Source: an uncultured cyanobacterium (GTDB lineage: Bacteria; Cyanobacteriota; Cyanobacteriia; CAKZMO01). From it: DNA of 64,000 nucleotides. The position numbers and the translations under genes were made by a program. Shown here in pieces: positions 41,971-51,531 of the stretch. The notes under the pieces are model-generated. The model worked only from the letters and a program-made list of their open reading frames with translations. It did no database searches and had not been told where the DNA came from. Position 1 is the first letter of the stretch; each line of letters opens with the position of its first letter. The stretch lies in contig CAVRCJ010000005.1 in assembly GCA_963719515.1 (NCBI GenBank), positions 1 to 64,000 of the forward strand. Direction: 5' to 3'.

Positions 41971-42255
41971 CTAGCTCGCCAGTTTTGACCGCGCTGTCTT
42001 GATCATTGCAATCAAGGTCTGATGGGCATCTTCAGAATCTTGCAGCTCGTGGTCGAAGGTGATTTGTAGGGGCAGGGTCTTCTCTTCGGTCTGCACCAGC
42101 AGGCTCATCGACTGTGGCTCAATTTTGAGCATCTGCGCGGCGATCGCACCCTCGACGCCGTGGGCCTTGGCGTACATCAGCACCGCGTCGGCGTGGTCGT
42201 CGTTCATATGGGTGCAGATGCGATCGCTTACGGGTTGGGTAATGGGGTCGGCCAT
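41971..42255 (-). CDS. DUF2470 domain protein
   Basis: RICTHMNDDHADAV...FDHELQDSEDAHQTLIAM. Confidence 0.88.
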   Translation of the reverse strand: MADPITQPVSDRICTHMNDDHADAVLMYAKAHGVEGAIAAQMLKIEPQSMSLLVQTEEKTLPLQITFDHELQDSEDAHQTLIAMIKTARSKLAS

Positions 42256-42347
42256 TGGAGGTTCCTATAATTTAGAACGTATCAGGGCTGGGGACGAACA
42301 AAATTTAGAATCGTCAGAAGAAAAGTGCGCTGCGGGCTGGGGCAAGA

Positions 42348-42461
42348 TCAGCCGCTGGGCTGAGTGAGCCAAAATAGGCCCAACCGAACAATGCTGAGGC
42401 CAATAAACCCAATCAGCAAGATGCTAATCGTAACGTTGACAATGTCTTTTGCTCGCTTCAT
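42348..42461 (-). CDS. Putative 37-aa single-TM protein
   Basis: MKRAKDIVNVTISILLIGFIGLSIVRLGLFWLTQPSG, lying in an intergenic gap. Confidence 0.45.
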   Translation of the reverse strand: MKRAKDIVNVTISILLIGFIGLSIVRLGLFWLTQPSG

Positions 42462-42564
42462 AGTAGCCCCGACAGTACTTAGCTCTGTGATTTTATCAAA
42501 ATCGTCTTTGGGCTGACAAAGACTCTTACAATTGATCCACGTACTGTTGACAAGAGACTGGGCT

Positions 42565-43884
42565 GTGGCATTCAACGTTGGGCTATTGGGACTAGGAACC
42601 GTCGGTGCCGGGACGGCGGATATCTTACTAAATCCGTCAGGGCGGCATCCGCTCCTGCAGGAGGTGCAGCTGCACCGGGTAGGGGTGCGATCGCTGGACA
42701 AATCGCGGGCAGCGGCAGTCTCCTCGGAGCGCCTGACCACAGACCTTTCTGCCATTGTCACCGATCCCGAAGTAGACATCGTGGTGGAGGTGATTGGCGG
42801 GCTAGAACCGGCGCGATCCCTGATGCTAAAGGCGATCGCCCATGGCAAACACATCGTCACCGCCAATAAAGCTCTCATTGCCCGCCACGGCGAGGAAATC
42901 TTCGCCGCCGCTAAGTCTACTGGCGTATATGTGCTGCTGGAAGCGGCAGTGGGCGGCGGCATTCCGGTAATTGAGCCGCTAAAGCATTCCCTGTGCGCTA
43001 ACCGCATCCACGCCATTACCGGTATCGTCAACGGCACCACGAATTACATCTTGACCCGCATGCAGCGCGAGCGAGGAGACTTCGATGCGATCTTGGCCGA
43101 CGCCCAGCGGCTGGGCTACGCGGAGGCTGACCCCACAGCAGACGTTGACGGCCTTGATGCCGCTGACAAAATTGCTATCCTAGCCTCCCTTGCCTTTGGC
43201 GGACGGGTGAACCTCGACGACATCTACTGCGAGGGTATCCGCCAGGTGAGTGCCGCCGATGTCGCCTATGCCGAGCGGCTCAATTTTGTGGTCAAACTGT
43301 TAGCGATCGCCACCCGCAGCCCGGAAGAGGAGCAGCTTCAAGTGCGGGTCCACCCCACTTTAGTGCCGCAGCAGCACCCGCTGGCCAGCGTTCATGAGGT
43401 TTACAACGCCATCTTGGTTGAAGGTGAGCCCATAGGACAGGTCATGTTCTACGGTCCCGGCGCTGGGGCAGGCCCCACCGCCAGCGCTGTAGTAGCCGAT
43501 ATTCTGAACGTAGCCGCGCTGCTCAAGCTAGGCCACAGCGGCGTTACGACCGCAGCGGGCACGCCCCTGCTCGACCCCCTATTGGCCCCTACCCATGCTC
43601 ACACCTGGCGCTTGACGCCCGTATCGGAGCTGGTGACGCGCTTCTACGTACGGCTGCTGGCTAAGGACTGCCCTGGGGTAATCGGGCGGCTGGGCCACGG
43701 ATTTGGGGATCACGACGTCAGCCTAGAATCGGTGGTCCAGATTGGTCTCCGGGATGACCTGGCTGAGATCGTCGTCATTACCCACGAGGTGCGAGAAGGC
43801 AACGCCATGGCCGCTATCGAACAGCTCCGCCACGACGAGGCGATCGCCGAAATTCCTAGCGTGCTGCGGGTGCTCTCGGCTTAG
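42565..43884 (+). CDS. hom: Homoserine dehydrogenase with ACT domain
   Basis: GLLGLGTVG, VTANKA, EAAVGGGIP, NGTTNYIL, GYAEADP. Confidence 0.96.
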   Translation: MAFNVGLLGLGTVGAGTADILLNPSGRHPLLQEVQLHRVGVRSLDKSRAAAVSSERLTTDLSAIVTDPEVDIVVEVIGGLEPARSLMLKAIAHGKHIVTANKALIARHGEEIFAAAKSTGVYVLLEAAVGGGIPVIEPLKHSLCANRIHAITGIVNGTTNYILTRMQRERGDFDAILADAQRLGYAEADPTADVDGLDAADKIAILASLAFGGRVNLDDIYCEGIRQVSAADVAYAERLNFVVKLLAIATRSPEEEQLQVRVHPTLVPQQHPLASVHEVYNAILVEGEPIGQVMFYGPGAGAGPTASAVVADILNVAALLKLGHSGVTTAAGTPLLDPLLAPTHAHTWRLTPVSELVTRFYVRLLAKDCPGVIGRLGHGFGDHDVSLESVVQIGLRDDLAEIVVITHEVREGNAMAAIEQLRHDEAIAEIPSVLRVLSA

Positions 43885-44008
43885 ATATAGCAAATGTTCT
43901 GATGCATTAGGACATTTGAGTAAGTGGCCGACACAACGTCAGGCTTTCAGGCGATTTTGGTGTCCTAAGCAACTGAACCAATGCAATATTGCGCTGCCCC
44001 TGCTCTGC

Positions 44009-44452
44009 TTACAGGATGTTGGCGAGGTAGGGCTCAAACAGTTCGCCGCTGCCCCGACGAACGGTGATCACCGTTTTGACGCCGCCCCGACGGGTAAAAT
44101 CTCCAATTACCCGCAGACCTTTAGGCTGCAGCGCCTCCCATAGGAAGTCGCTGACCTCGTTGACTACGGTTTCATGGCTGACGCGGCGATCGCGAAACGA
44201 GTTGATATAGAGCTTAAACGCCTTCAGCTCTACCACCCACCCATCGGGCTGGTAGTCCACCACCAAAGTGCCAAAGTCGGGGTAGCCGGAGCGGGGGCAG
44301 AGAGCGGTGAACTCGGGGTGCTCTAGGTGGATAACGTAGGGGTTAGTAGAGGGGTTGGGCCATTTTTCGAGGGCCGAGGCAGCCTGGGCGATCGCCTGAT
44401 CGCCGTACTGCGGCCTGTTGGCATCTACGGAAGGGTTTGAAACTTGGGTCAT
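44009..44452 (-). CDS. queF: preQ0 reductase
   Basis: PEFTALCPRSGYPDF, VELKAFKLY, SHE, RGG. Confidence 0.95.
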   Translation of the reverse strand: MTQVSNPSVDANRPQYGDQAIAQAASALEKWPNPSTNPYVIHLEHPEFTALCPRSGYPDFGTLVVDYQPDGWVVELKAFKLYINSFRDRRVSHETVVNEVSDFLWEALQPKGLRVIGDFTRRGGVKTVITVRRGSGELFEPYLANIL

Positions 44453-44535
44453 GGGTCAGTTGAGCGGTAGTGCAGCAGCGCTATGGTCTGCAGCGCTATG
44501 TTCAGTATCTCTTCGATTATCGCCCTAAGACTCTT

Positions 44536-45195
44536 TCAGCGCCGAGAAGAGGTCACTATCGGAATGGCCGACAACCCCAGCAATGCTGCCACAACCATCA
44601 TCAGCGGCACAGCGCTGCCACCGGTCAGCGCCTCCTTGCCCGCCAGCCCTAGCCAGGTATACAGCAGCGTACCGGGCACGATGCCGACAAAAGTGCCCAG
44701 CGCGTAAGGCTGTAGGGAAATCTGGGTCAGCCCAAACAAAAAGTTGACGACGCTGAAGGGGGAAATTGGCGCCAGGCGGGTCACCAAAACGCAGGTTACG
44801 CTATTACGGTCAATGGTACAGTTGAGCCGCTGCAGCAGCCCGGATTTTGCGAATCTCGCCTCTATCCAGTCCCGCAGCAGGTAGCGGGCCACGTAGAACG
44901 CGGCGATCGCCCCCAGCGTCGCCCCCACCACTGACCACACCGTCCCCCAGAGCAAGCCAAAAACGCTGCCGCCCACGACCACCAGCAGCGTACCGGGCAA
45001 CCCCAGCATCGTTGCCGCCACGTGGGCCACAATAAACAGCGCTGCGCCCCAATGCGTATGCTGAAAGGTATTGACCAGGGCAGCGTGCTCGAAGCGGTGA
45101 CCCAGTGGGCCAAAGCAGACTACGAGCGCCAGGCTTACGAGCGCCAGCAGCCAAAAAAGTTTGTGCTGTAAAATACGAGTCATCAACGGCATCAA
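44536..45195 (-). CDS. TVP38/TMEM64 (DedA/VTT) membrane protein
   Basis: LPGTLLVVVGG, GATLGA, RLAPISPF, GIVPGT. Confidence 0.9.
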   Translation of the reverse strand: MMPLMTRILQHKLFWLLALVSLALVVCFGPLGHRFEHAALVNTFQHTHWGAALFIVAHVAATMLGLPGTLLVVVGGSVFGLLWGTVWSVVGATLGAIAAFYVARYLLRDWIEARFAKSGLLQRLNCTIDRNSVTCVLVTRLAPISPFSVVNFLFGLTQISLQPYALGTFVGIVPGTLLYTWLGLAGKEALTGGSAVPLMMVVAALLGLSAIPIVTSSRR

Positions 45196-45319
45196 AACGG
45201 CATCAGCATTCCCTATAGATATGATGCCGGGTATTGGTCCACTCTAGATGAGAGCAGCTTAAATCGTGAGTAAACCCACTTTGACGTACTCCCCGCCCTG
45301 AAGAGCGGGGATTCTGGAA

Positions 45320-46444
45320 TCAAGCAGCGATCGCAGGCTGAGCCTGTCTGACATCGCCTAGCCCACGGGTTGACGCCCCAACCCGTTGAATGTTTATTGC
45401 AGCATTTAGGTCTCGGTCGTGGTGAGCGCCACAGGCAGAGCAATCCCACTCCCGTTGCTTCAGAGCCAACGCCTTGAGTACGTGCCCACAACAGCTACAA
45501 GTTTTAGAGCTGGGATACCACTGGTCGATGAATGCTACGGTCTTGCCTTTTTTCTTTGCCACCCACTGAAGGATTTCGAGAAATTCAGCTAGGGCTAGGT
45601 CCGATATCTTCCGGCCCCATAGCCGCTGCATCCCTTTCAGGTTCAGCGTCTCAAAGTAGAGCGCATCGTAGGTATCGGTTAGCCGGTGGGCAAGCTTCCA
45701 AAACCAATCTCGTCGCCTATTGGCTATGGCCTCATGGCAGCGAGCTAGATTTAGTCTTGCCCTGTGCCAGTTTGCCGACTTTTTTCGCTTGCGCGATAGG
45801 TTGCGGCTAGCTCGGCAAAGGTCTTTGAGCGATGCTTTCAGGAATTCAGGAGACTCGATTTGAGTACCATCTGACAAAGTGAGAAACGTCTTCAGTCCAA
45901 AATCAGCACCAGCGGTTTTACCCGTCTCGATGCCTTGAACTGGTTCAGCTTCCTGGTCCACCACAACGGCTAAAAACAGCTCACCCAAAGGCGATCGCTT
46001 CACCGTGACGGTCTTAACCTTGCCCTCTATCTCCCTTGAATTCCAATACTGGTAGACCCTGCTGCCTATCTTGATACGACCACCATTGAGCAGCTTGTAT
46101 CCCGCCTGTTTTAGGGTGAACGACTTGTATCGCCTTACCTTCTGAAAGCTAGGCGGCCTATAGCCTTTGCCGTGATGCTTAAAGAACAGCTGGTATGCCT
46201 TTTCAATTCGCTGGCAGATGTCCTGCACAGCCTGAGACCCCACCAACTGCCAAAACGGATTGCGCCTCCGTAGCTTGGCAATATGAGACTGAAGTTTAGA
46301 GCAATTGAGGTGTTTGCCCCACATACGGTAGTACCGTTTGTGGAGAGCAATGCAGTGGTTCCAAATCACCCCAGCAGCATTAATAGTGCGCTTTAGGTGC
46401 CGGTTCCGCTTGTGCTCGTATATCTTAAACTTCAATGTTCTCAT
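45320..46444 (-). CDS. tnpB: RNA-guided endonuclease TnpB
   Basis: MRTLKFKIY, RuvC GADFG / YFETL / DRDLNAA, CSCC...CSAC. Confidence 0.95.
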   Translation of the reverse strand: MRTLKFKIYEHKRNRHLKRTINAAGVIWNHCIALHKRYYRMWGKHLNCSKLQSHIAKLRRRNPFWQLVGSQAVQDICQRIEKAYQLFFKHHGKGYRPPSFQKVRRYKSFTLKQAGYKLLNGGRIKIGSRVYQYWNSREIEGKVKTVTVKRSPLGELFLAVVVDQEAEPVQGIETGKTAGADFGLKTFLTLSDGTQIESPEFLKASLKDLCRASRNLSRKRKKSANWHRARLNLARCHEAIANRRRDWFWKLAHRLTDTYDALYFETLNLKGMQRLWGRKISDLALAEFLEILQWVAKKKGKTVAFIDQWYPSSKTCSCCGHVLKALALKQREWDCSACGAHHDRDLNAAINIQRVGASTRGLGDVRQAQPAIAA

Positions 46445-46487
46445 ACTGTTTATGTTAGCATAGATGCGTAGGCATTGTGTAGGCAGT

Positions 46488-46628
46488 ATGGCAAAAGGAC
46501 AGCTTAATTTAAGAGTCTCTATTAAAAGATTGCAAAAGCTTAGGGCGATTGCAAAAGAGAGGGACAAGACCATGACTCAACTGGTAGAAGATTGGATAGA
46601 TCGCCTACATTTAGAGAAGCCGTCCTGA
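46488..46628 (+). CDS. 46-aa ribbon-helix-helix-like DNA-binding protein inside the IS
   Basis: MAKGQLNLRVSIKRLQKLRAIAKERDKTMTQLVEDWIDRLHLEKPS; beta-alpha-alpha pattern; divergent from tnpB. Confidence 0.72.
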   Translation: MAKGQLNLRVSIKRLQKLRAIAKERDKTMTQLVEDWIDRLHLEKPS

Positions 46629-46697
46629 AGGACGGGGCTTTAGACCCATGATTTTTGGTAAAAATGCAAGTAAACCCACTGTAGAAAACTGAGGGGG

Positions 46698-47507
46698 TCA
46701 GCTCAGCCGCTTTTGAGCGCTGCGGTAGCGCACGTACTCAGCCACAAAGGCGATCGCCCCAGAACCCAAAATCAGCACAACGCTGAGGGCGTTGATATCG
46801 GGCTTAACGCCCGTGCGGATGCGGCTAAAGATCTCAATAGGCAGCGGGTTGGCGCCGCCCCCCGCCGTGAAGCTAGAAATCAGTAGGTCATCCAGGCTCA
46901 AAATAAACGCCAGCAAACACCCCGACACAATGGCGGGCATCAGCTCCGGCAGCAGCACCTTGATAAAGGCCTGGGCCGGCGTTGCCCCTAGGTCTAGGGC
47001 AGCCTCCTGCAGATTGGGATTGATGCTGCTGAAGCGGGTGGACACCACAACGGCGATGTAGGCCAGGCAAAAGACCGTATGGGCCGCGATGATGGTCCAA
47101 ATGCTGAGGGGAATCGCGAGCGTGGCGAGGAAGATGAGGGTCGACACCGCGATCGTAATGTCGGGCACAATTAGCGGCAGGTAAGATACCCCGCGATACA
47201 GCCCTTTGCCCCAGAACCGGTAGCGTGCTAGCCCGACCGCCATCATCGTGCCGATGACCGCCGAGATCAGCACCGCGACCGTGGCGATGGTCAAGCTATC
47301 CTGTAGAGCCGAGAGCAGCCTGGTATCGCTAAGCATGTTGCGATACCACACCAGGCTAAACCCCTCCCACACCGCGCCGTAGCGAGAGGCATTGACGCTG
47401 TAAATTGCCAGCACCGCAATGGGGCCGTACATAAAGGCAAACATGACCAGGGAAAAAATTCCCTGCCATGAGGGCCAAGATCGGCGCGCGCTCAGAAATT
47501 TTGCCAT
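46698..47507 (-). CDS. potC: Polyamine ABC transporter permease
   Basis: LQEAALDLGATP EAA loop, FILSLDDLLIS, VKPDINALS. Confidence 0.85.
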   Translation of the reverse strand: MAKFLSARRSWPSWQGIFSLVMFAFMYGPIAVLAIYSVNASRYGAVWEGFSLVWYRNMLSDTRLLSALQDSLTIATVAVLISAVIGTMMAVGLARYRFWGKGLYRGVSYLPLIVPDITIAVSTLIFLATLAIPLSIWTIIAAHTVFCLAYIAVVVSTRFSSINPNLQEAALDLGATPAQAFIKVLLPELMPAIVSGCLLAFILSLDDLLISSFTAGGGANPLPIEIFSRIRTGVKPDINALSVVLILGSGAIAFVAEYVRYRSAQKRLS

Positions 47508-47565
47508 GGCGATTCGCTCAACTCCGCCTACATCCTACCGTTGCGCGGCAATTGTGGGGATGCCG

Positions 47566-48783
47566 CTAGCTCGCCTGAATGACGCTATCGTCCGGGTCCA
47601 CCAGCCGCAGAAGCTTCTGCTTGATCTGGGCATCAAACACCTCCCACTTGATTTTGGTGTAGCTGCTGTTTTCGTTGAACCCCGACAAAAAGCCCATGGG
47701 AATCTCAAATCCGCCCGCCATGGCCCTACCCCCTCCAAAAAAGCGCCCTTGCGTATCTTGCCCGAAGGCTTCTTTAATAAATTCGTCGGGGTCGAGAGTG
47801 AGTTTATTGGTGCGCAGAGAGCCAATCACCAGCTCTAGCTCGTCGTCTTCGTCGTGAACAATGCCGTACACTAGCGCCGTGTGGATATTCTCCTCGGTCA
47901 CTAGAAAGTCTGCCGCCTGGGGTATGGCGTCGCGGTCGTCATAGCGCAGGTAGCCCACCCCCGCGATGGAAAAGTTGTTTTGCAGCATGCGGTTGCGCAG
48001 CGATCGCTCGATGACATCCATCACCCGCCGCGATCGTGAGGCCTGCAAAATCGCGTTGAGCAGCTGCGGGTCATAGAGGCGGCTGAGGTAGCCCGCCGCC
48101 AAAAACTCCTCTTCTTGGGCCTGGCGCAGCTGGTTGGTATCGGAGCGCAGCCCGTGCATCAGCGCCGTTGCGCATTTGACGTGCTCGCTGTTGCCGCTTT
48201 CTAGCTCTAGCAGTCCGGCCTGCAGGTACTGAGTCAAGATGGTGGCGGTGGCGCGGGTGTGGGAGCGCAGGTCAATAAATTCCGCCTCCAAATCACCCTG
48301 GCTAGCGTGGTGGTCAATGAGCGCCACGATGGGGAGAGCCGCAGCTTCAAGGATGGGCCAAAGCTGGGAGGTGGTGCCCTGATTATCGATAAAGACGCAG
48401 CCCTGATAGGGTGAGAGATCTTTTTGCTTGGCGGTTTGCAGCGGCCAGCGCTTCACCATGAGGCCGGTAAGCTTCACCAGGGCAATATTTTCCTGATGGC
48501 TTAGGGTACCGGCATACACCATCTCACAGCGAATACCGTAGGTCTGGGCAATGAGGGTGTAGGCCCAAGCGGCTGAGAGCGCGTCGGGGTCCGGGAAATC
48601 TTGAAGGACAACGAGGTGGCGTTCGCCCCGGCGACGCTCTAGCACCTGAGCCAGTTCGCTGGCCTTAGAATCTACGATGAGCGCACCATTTTGCCCGTTT
48701 TGTCTAGCGCGGGGGCGCTCTACGACAGGGTTGACCTGTGGCGAGAATCCTTCGGGGGAACTTGTTGGCGCTGAGTCAGTCAT
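47566..48783 (-). CDS. DHH-family phosphoesterase (NrnA-like)
   Basis: DFPDPDA, IDHH, GLRSDT, FGGGR. Confidence 0.88.
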   Translation of the reverse strand: MTDSAPTSSPEGFSPQVNPVVERPRARQNGQNGALIVDSKASELAQVLERRRGERHLVVLQDFPDPDALSAAWAYTLIAQTYGIRCEMVYAGTLSHQENIALVKLTGLMVKRWPLQTAKQKDLSPYQGCVFIDNQGTTSQLWPILEAAALPIVALIDHHASQGDLEAEFIDLRSHTRATATILTQYLQAGLLELESGNSEHVKCATALMHGLRSDTNQLRQAQEEEFLAAGYLSRLYDPQLLNAILQASRSRRVMDVIERSLRNRMLQNNFSIAGVGYLRYDDRDAIPQAADFLVTEENIHTALVYGIVHDEDDELELVIGSLRTNKLTLDPDEFIKEAFGQDTQGRFFGGGRAMAGGFEIPMGFLSGFNENSSYTKIKWEVFDAQIKQKLLRLVDPDDSVIQAS

Positions 48784-49044
48784 AGCTTTTGGGGGGTTCT
48801 TTACAACTAGGGAACGGTCCAAATCATGCAGGTTGCCCCCTTACGACAAGATTGAAGACCATCAAGACCACCTCTAACTTCTAGCAAGTTTAGGGAAGCA
48901 GCGCATCCTATTGAGGAGCGAGAGTGATGACGTGACAATACGCGATGAGCGCCTAATTGCTTTAAGTCAGGCGGCTTGGGTGCTGTTGTTTGGAGGCGAC
49001 TGCTCAAGCTAGCCTAACGCCATACGACCCAGCGTGACAGTGAG

Positions 49045-49542
49045 CTACAGCCCAATTACGTACTTTTGCCACTCGGCGTGAGACCCACTCTTGACGTGCT
49101 TCGTCAGCTCAAAGTACAGGCTGCTGTGGGGCTTGCGAGGGGTATGGCGCGTCGGCATGTTGGCCTCCCTCGGGGTGCGGTTGCCCTTCTTGACGTTGCA
49201 GCGCACGCAGGCCGTAACAATATTTTCCCAAGAATCCACGCCGCCCCGCGATCGCGGCACCACATGGTCTAGGGTGAGCTCATCGCCCGCGTAGCCGCAG
49301 TATTGACAAGCGTGGGCGTCGCGGTGCAATATGTTTCTCCGGGTCAGCGGGATCTCTTTGTAGGGAACGCGGACATAGTGCCTAAGTCGAATTACCGTGG
49401 GAAGCGGAAAATTCGGATAGATCTGCCTATCGAGATGTTCGACTCGCTCCGCTTTTTCCTTAATGAGAAGCACAATTGCCCTTCGCCAGCTTGTAATATT
49501 GAGCGGCTCATAAGAGGCATTGAGCACTAAAACTTTGCTCAT
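49045..49542 (-). CDS. HNH endonuclease family protein
   Basis: VLVLNASYEPL, CQYCG, TLDHVVPRSRGG, ACVRCNVKKG. Confidence 0.92.
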   Translation of the reverse strand: MSKVLVLNASYEPLNITSWRRAIVLLIKEKAERVEHLDRQIYPNFPLPTVIRLRHYVRVPYKEIPLTRRNILHRDAHACQYCGYAGDELTLDHVVPRSRGGVDSWENIVTACVRCNVKKGNRTPREANMPTRHTPRKPHSSLYFELTKHVKSGSHAEWQKYVIGL

Positions 49543-49693
49543 TTACGTGACGCCTGTCAAGTGAGGGGGCTACTTTTTTTTACAGGCTATTCTAGCATAG
49601 CTGGATTTACCTGGGGGTACGGGCAATGCCCGCTGCCCAGAATTGGGCAGCGGAGAGCATCATTGTGTCCGGGACTAGGTCTATCTCCCTTAG

Positions 49694-50953
49694 CTAGGCA
49701 CGCGGAGCCGCAGCTCCAGAGGAAGAGAGCACCTCTTGATAGAGTCTATCGAGCTGTCGGGCAACGCCTCTCCAGCTAAAGTGCTCCTCAACGCGCCTGC
49801 GAGCAGCTTCTCCTAAACGATCTCGCCAGGTCTCGTCTTCGAGAATGCGGTCGATGGCGCTGGAGAAGGCTGCTGCGTCTTTAGGAGGAGCCAGCAGGCC
49901 CGTCTCTTCGGACTTGACGGTGTACTGCAGGCCCCCCACCTCGCTGGCGACGACGGGCGTACCGGAGGCCATGGCTTCAATAGCGACAAGTCCAAAAGGT
50001 TCGTAGTGGCTCGGCACCACGCACGCATTGGCGGCGGCGTAGTACAGCGGCAGGTCATCGTCGGAGATGCGTCCAGGAAAAGTCGTACACCCCTCTAGGC
50101 TGAGCTCTGCCACAATCCCCTCAATGCGATCGCGCTCGATGCCATCGCTACGGCCCGGACGACTGCCGCCGCCAATCACCAGCTGCAGCTGGGGGTCCTC
50201 CCGAAAAGCCGACTGCCCTATGGCGCGCACTAGGGTCTCGATACCCTTACGGCGATCAAAGCGCCCGATGTAGAAGACCAGCTTCGTTTCTGGCGAGATG
50301 CCCAGCTGCCGACGGGCTTCCTGCCGTGACGCCTGCCCAAAGCGCTCAACGTCGGTGCCGCAGGGAATCACGACCACATCGCCCTCGGAAGACAGCAGCG
50401 ATCGCATATCGGCTTCTTCCTGAGGGCTAGTGGCTACGGTGCGCTCTGCCGTCTCTAAAACGCGCTTCTCGGTCTCCAGGCGAGTGTCACCAATGGGGGG
50501 AATATCTTCCACAGCGCGATACTTCACGGCCCCCAAAGAATGGTAGGTGTGGACCTGGGCAAGCGCCTTCTGACGCTGCTTCCAGGTCATTCCCACCCAG
50601 GCCGAGAGCCAGTAGTTGGTGTGAACGATGGGATAGCGGACGCCCTCTTTACCTTGAAACGCCAGCATCGCGTCGACAAACTCCGGCAGGTAGTCAAAAA
50701 TCTCATCCCGGGGGACAAAATCCTCTGGCCCCGCCGTCAAGCGAATCGTGCGACAGGTCTTGCTGTGCTCGACAATAGCGGGCTGCGAACCGGTTTGGCG
50801 GGTAAACATATCGACCTGCCAGCCTAGGTTGCCGAGGGCCTCACCCACTTGGCGAACGTAGACGTTCTGACCACCGGCTTCCTCTTTACCGATGTCAATG
50901 GCGGGGTCACCATGGACCGAGATCAGGGCAATACGCTGAGTTGGGGTCGCCAT
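49694..50953 (-). CDS. GT4 glycosyltransferase, sucrose-phosphate-synthase-like (GT domain only)
   Basis: ISVHGDP, AGGQNVYV, HTNYWLS, HTYHSLG, YEPFGLVAIEAMASG. Confidence 0.85.
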   Translation of the reverse strand: MATPTQRIALISVHGDPAIDIGKEEAGGQNVYVRQVGEALGNLGWQVDMFTRQTGSQPAIVEHSKTCRTIRLTAGPEDFVPRDEIFDYLPEFVDAMLAFQGKEGVRYPIVHTNYWLSAWVGMTWKQRQKALAQVHTYHSLGAVKYRAVEDIPPIGDTRLETEKRVLETAERTVATSPQEEADMRSLLSSEGDVVVIPCGTDVERFGQASRQEARRQLGISPETKLVFYIGRFDRRKGIETLVRAIGQSAFREDPQLQLVIGGGSRPGRSDGIERDRIEGIVAELSLEGCTTFPGRISDDDLPLYYAAANACVVPSHYEPFGLVAIEAMASGTPVVASEVGGLQYTVKSEETGLLAPPKDAAAFSSAIDRILEDETWRDRLGEAARRRVEEHFSWRGVARQLDRLYQEVLSSSGAAAPRA

Positions 50954-51241
50954 AGTAGAAATTGGAGTAGAGGTTTAGACCAAAAGTGATCGAGGTGAAA
51001 AAGAAATCTTGCACAAAAGAGTATCAAATTTTGACATCCATACCCAGAACTGGGACAACACCCGCGATGTGATTTTCAGCACTCAACGTCAGGTCTCAGT
51101 GCGATACGCGTAGGGACTTCGAGGGTTGTCTCAGAAAACGTCATGGCGGAAGTTCAGCGCTCCGTGAGAAAATTTTCTAGAACTTTTGAGGACCGCTAGC
51201 GCTTTGGCAAAATTTGCTGCTATGATCGATGCCTAGCACCT

Positions 51242-51333
51242 GGAGAGGTGGCTGAGTGGACGAAAGCGGCAGATTGCTAATCTGTTGATAGGTACGTAAG
51301 TCCTATCCGAGGGTTCGAATCCCTCCCTCTCCG
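51242..51333 (+). tRNA. tRNA-Ser(GCT)
   Basis: GGAGAGG acceptor stem, anticodon arm GCAGA-TTGCTAA-TCTGT, long variable arm, GGTTCGAATCC; CCA not encoded. Confidence 0.96.
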
Positions 51334-51531
51334 TACCTTTGAACACTTTCAGTGACGCTTCTAGACTACAGCAGTCTTTGGGCGAAAAAGGACTGCCCCA
51401 GGGAGGGTGTCTCTTTCGCCACAGAGGTCGATGGTATCAAGGTCGATGGCCCTGACCCCAGTTTCAGCGACGTTAGAGTCGGTGAGGCTAGGGTCGTTCA
51501 GCCCAGCATCGCTGAGGCAGGCCCAAAAAGC

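Larger units (their letters stand above)
45281..46657 (-). mobile_element. IS200/IS605-family element (tnpB + small RHH-like gene, no tnpA)
   Basis: Left end TTAC|CAAAAATCATGGGTCTAAAGCCCCGTCCTTCAGGACGG; right end GAATCCCCGCTCTTCAGGGCGGGGAGTACGTCAA. Confidence 0.92.

Noticed and set aside
46445..46573. N-terminal extension of TnpB to 46573 in the ORF track
   Set aside because: TnpB-like sequence starts at Met 46444; the extension is antisense to the RHH-like gene.
45269..46680. 12-bp target-site duplication by the IS
   Set aside because: One copy is 11 bp away from the element end, and IS200/IS605 elements make no duplication; it is a pre-existing tandem repeat.
49045..49542. HNH gene as a homing or defence element
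   Set aside because: It resembles the widespread stand-alone VLVLNASYEPL HNH family, sits among housekeeping genes, and has no intron or methylase context.
51242..51531. tRNA-Ser as an integration site
   Set aside because: No integrase and no duplicated tRNA 3' end were seen; dapB follows directly.
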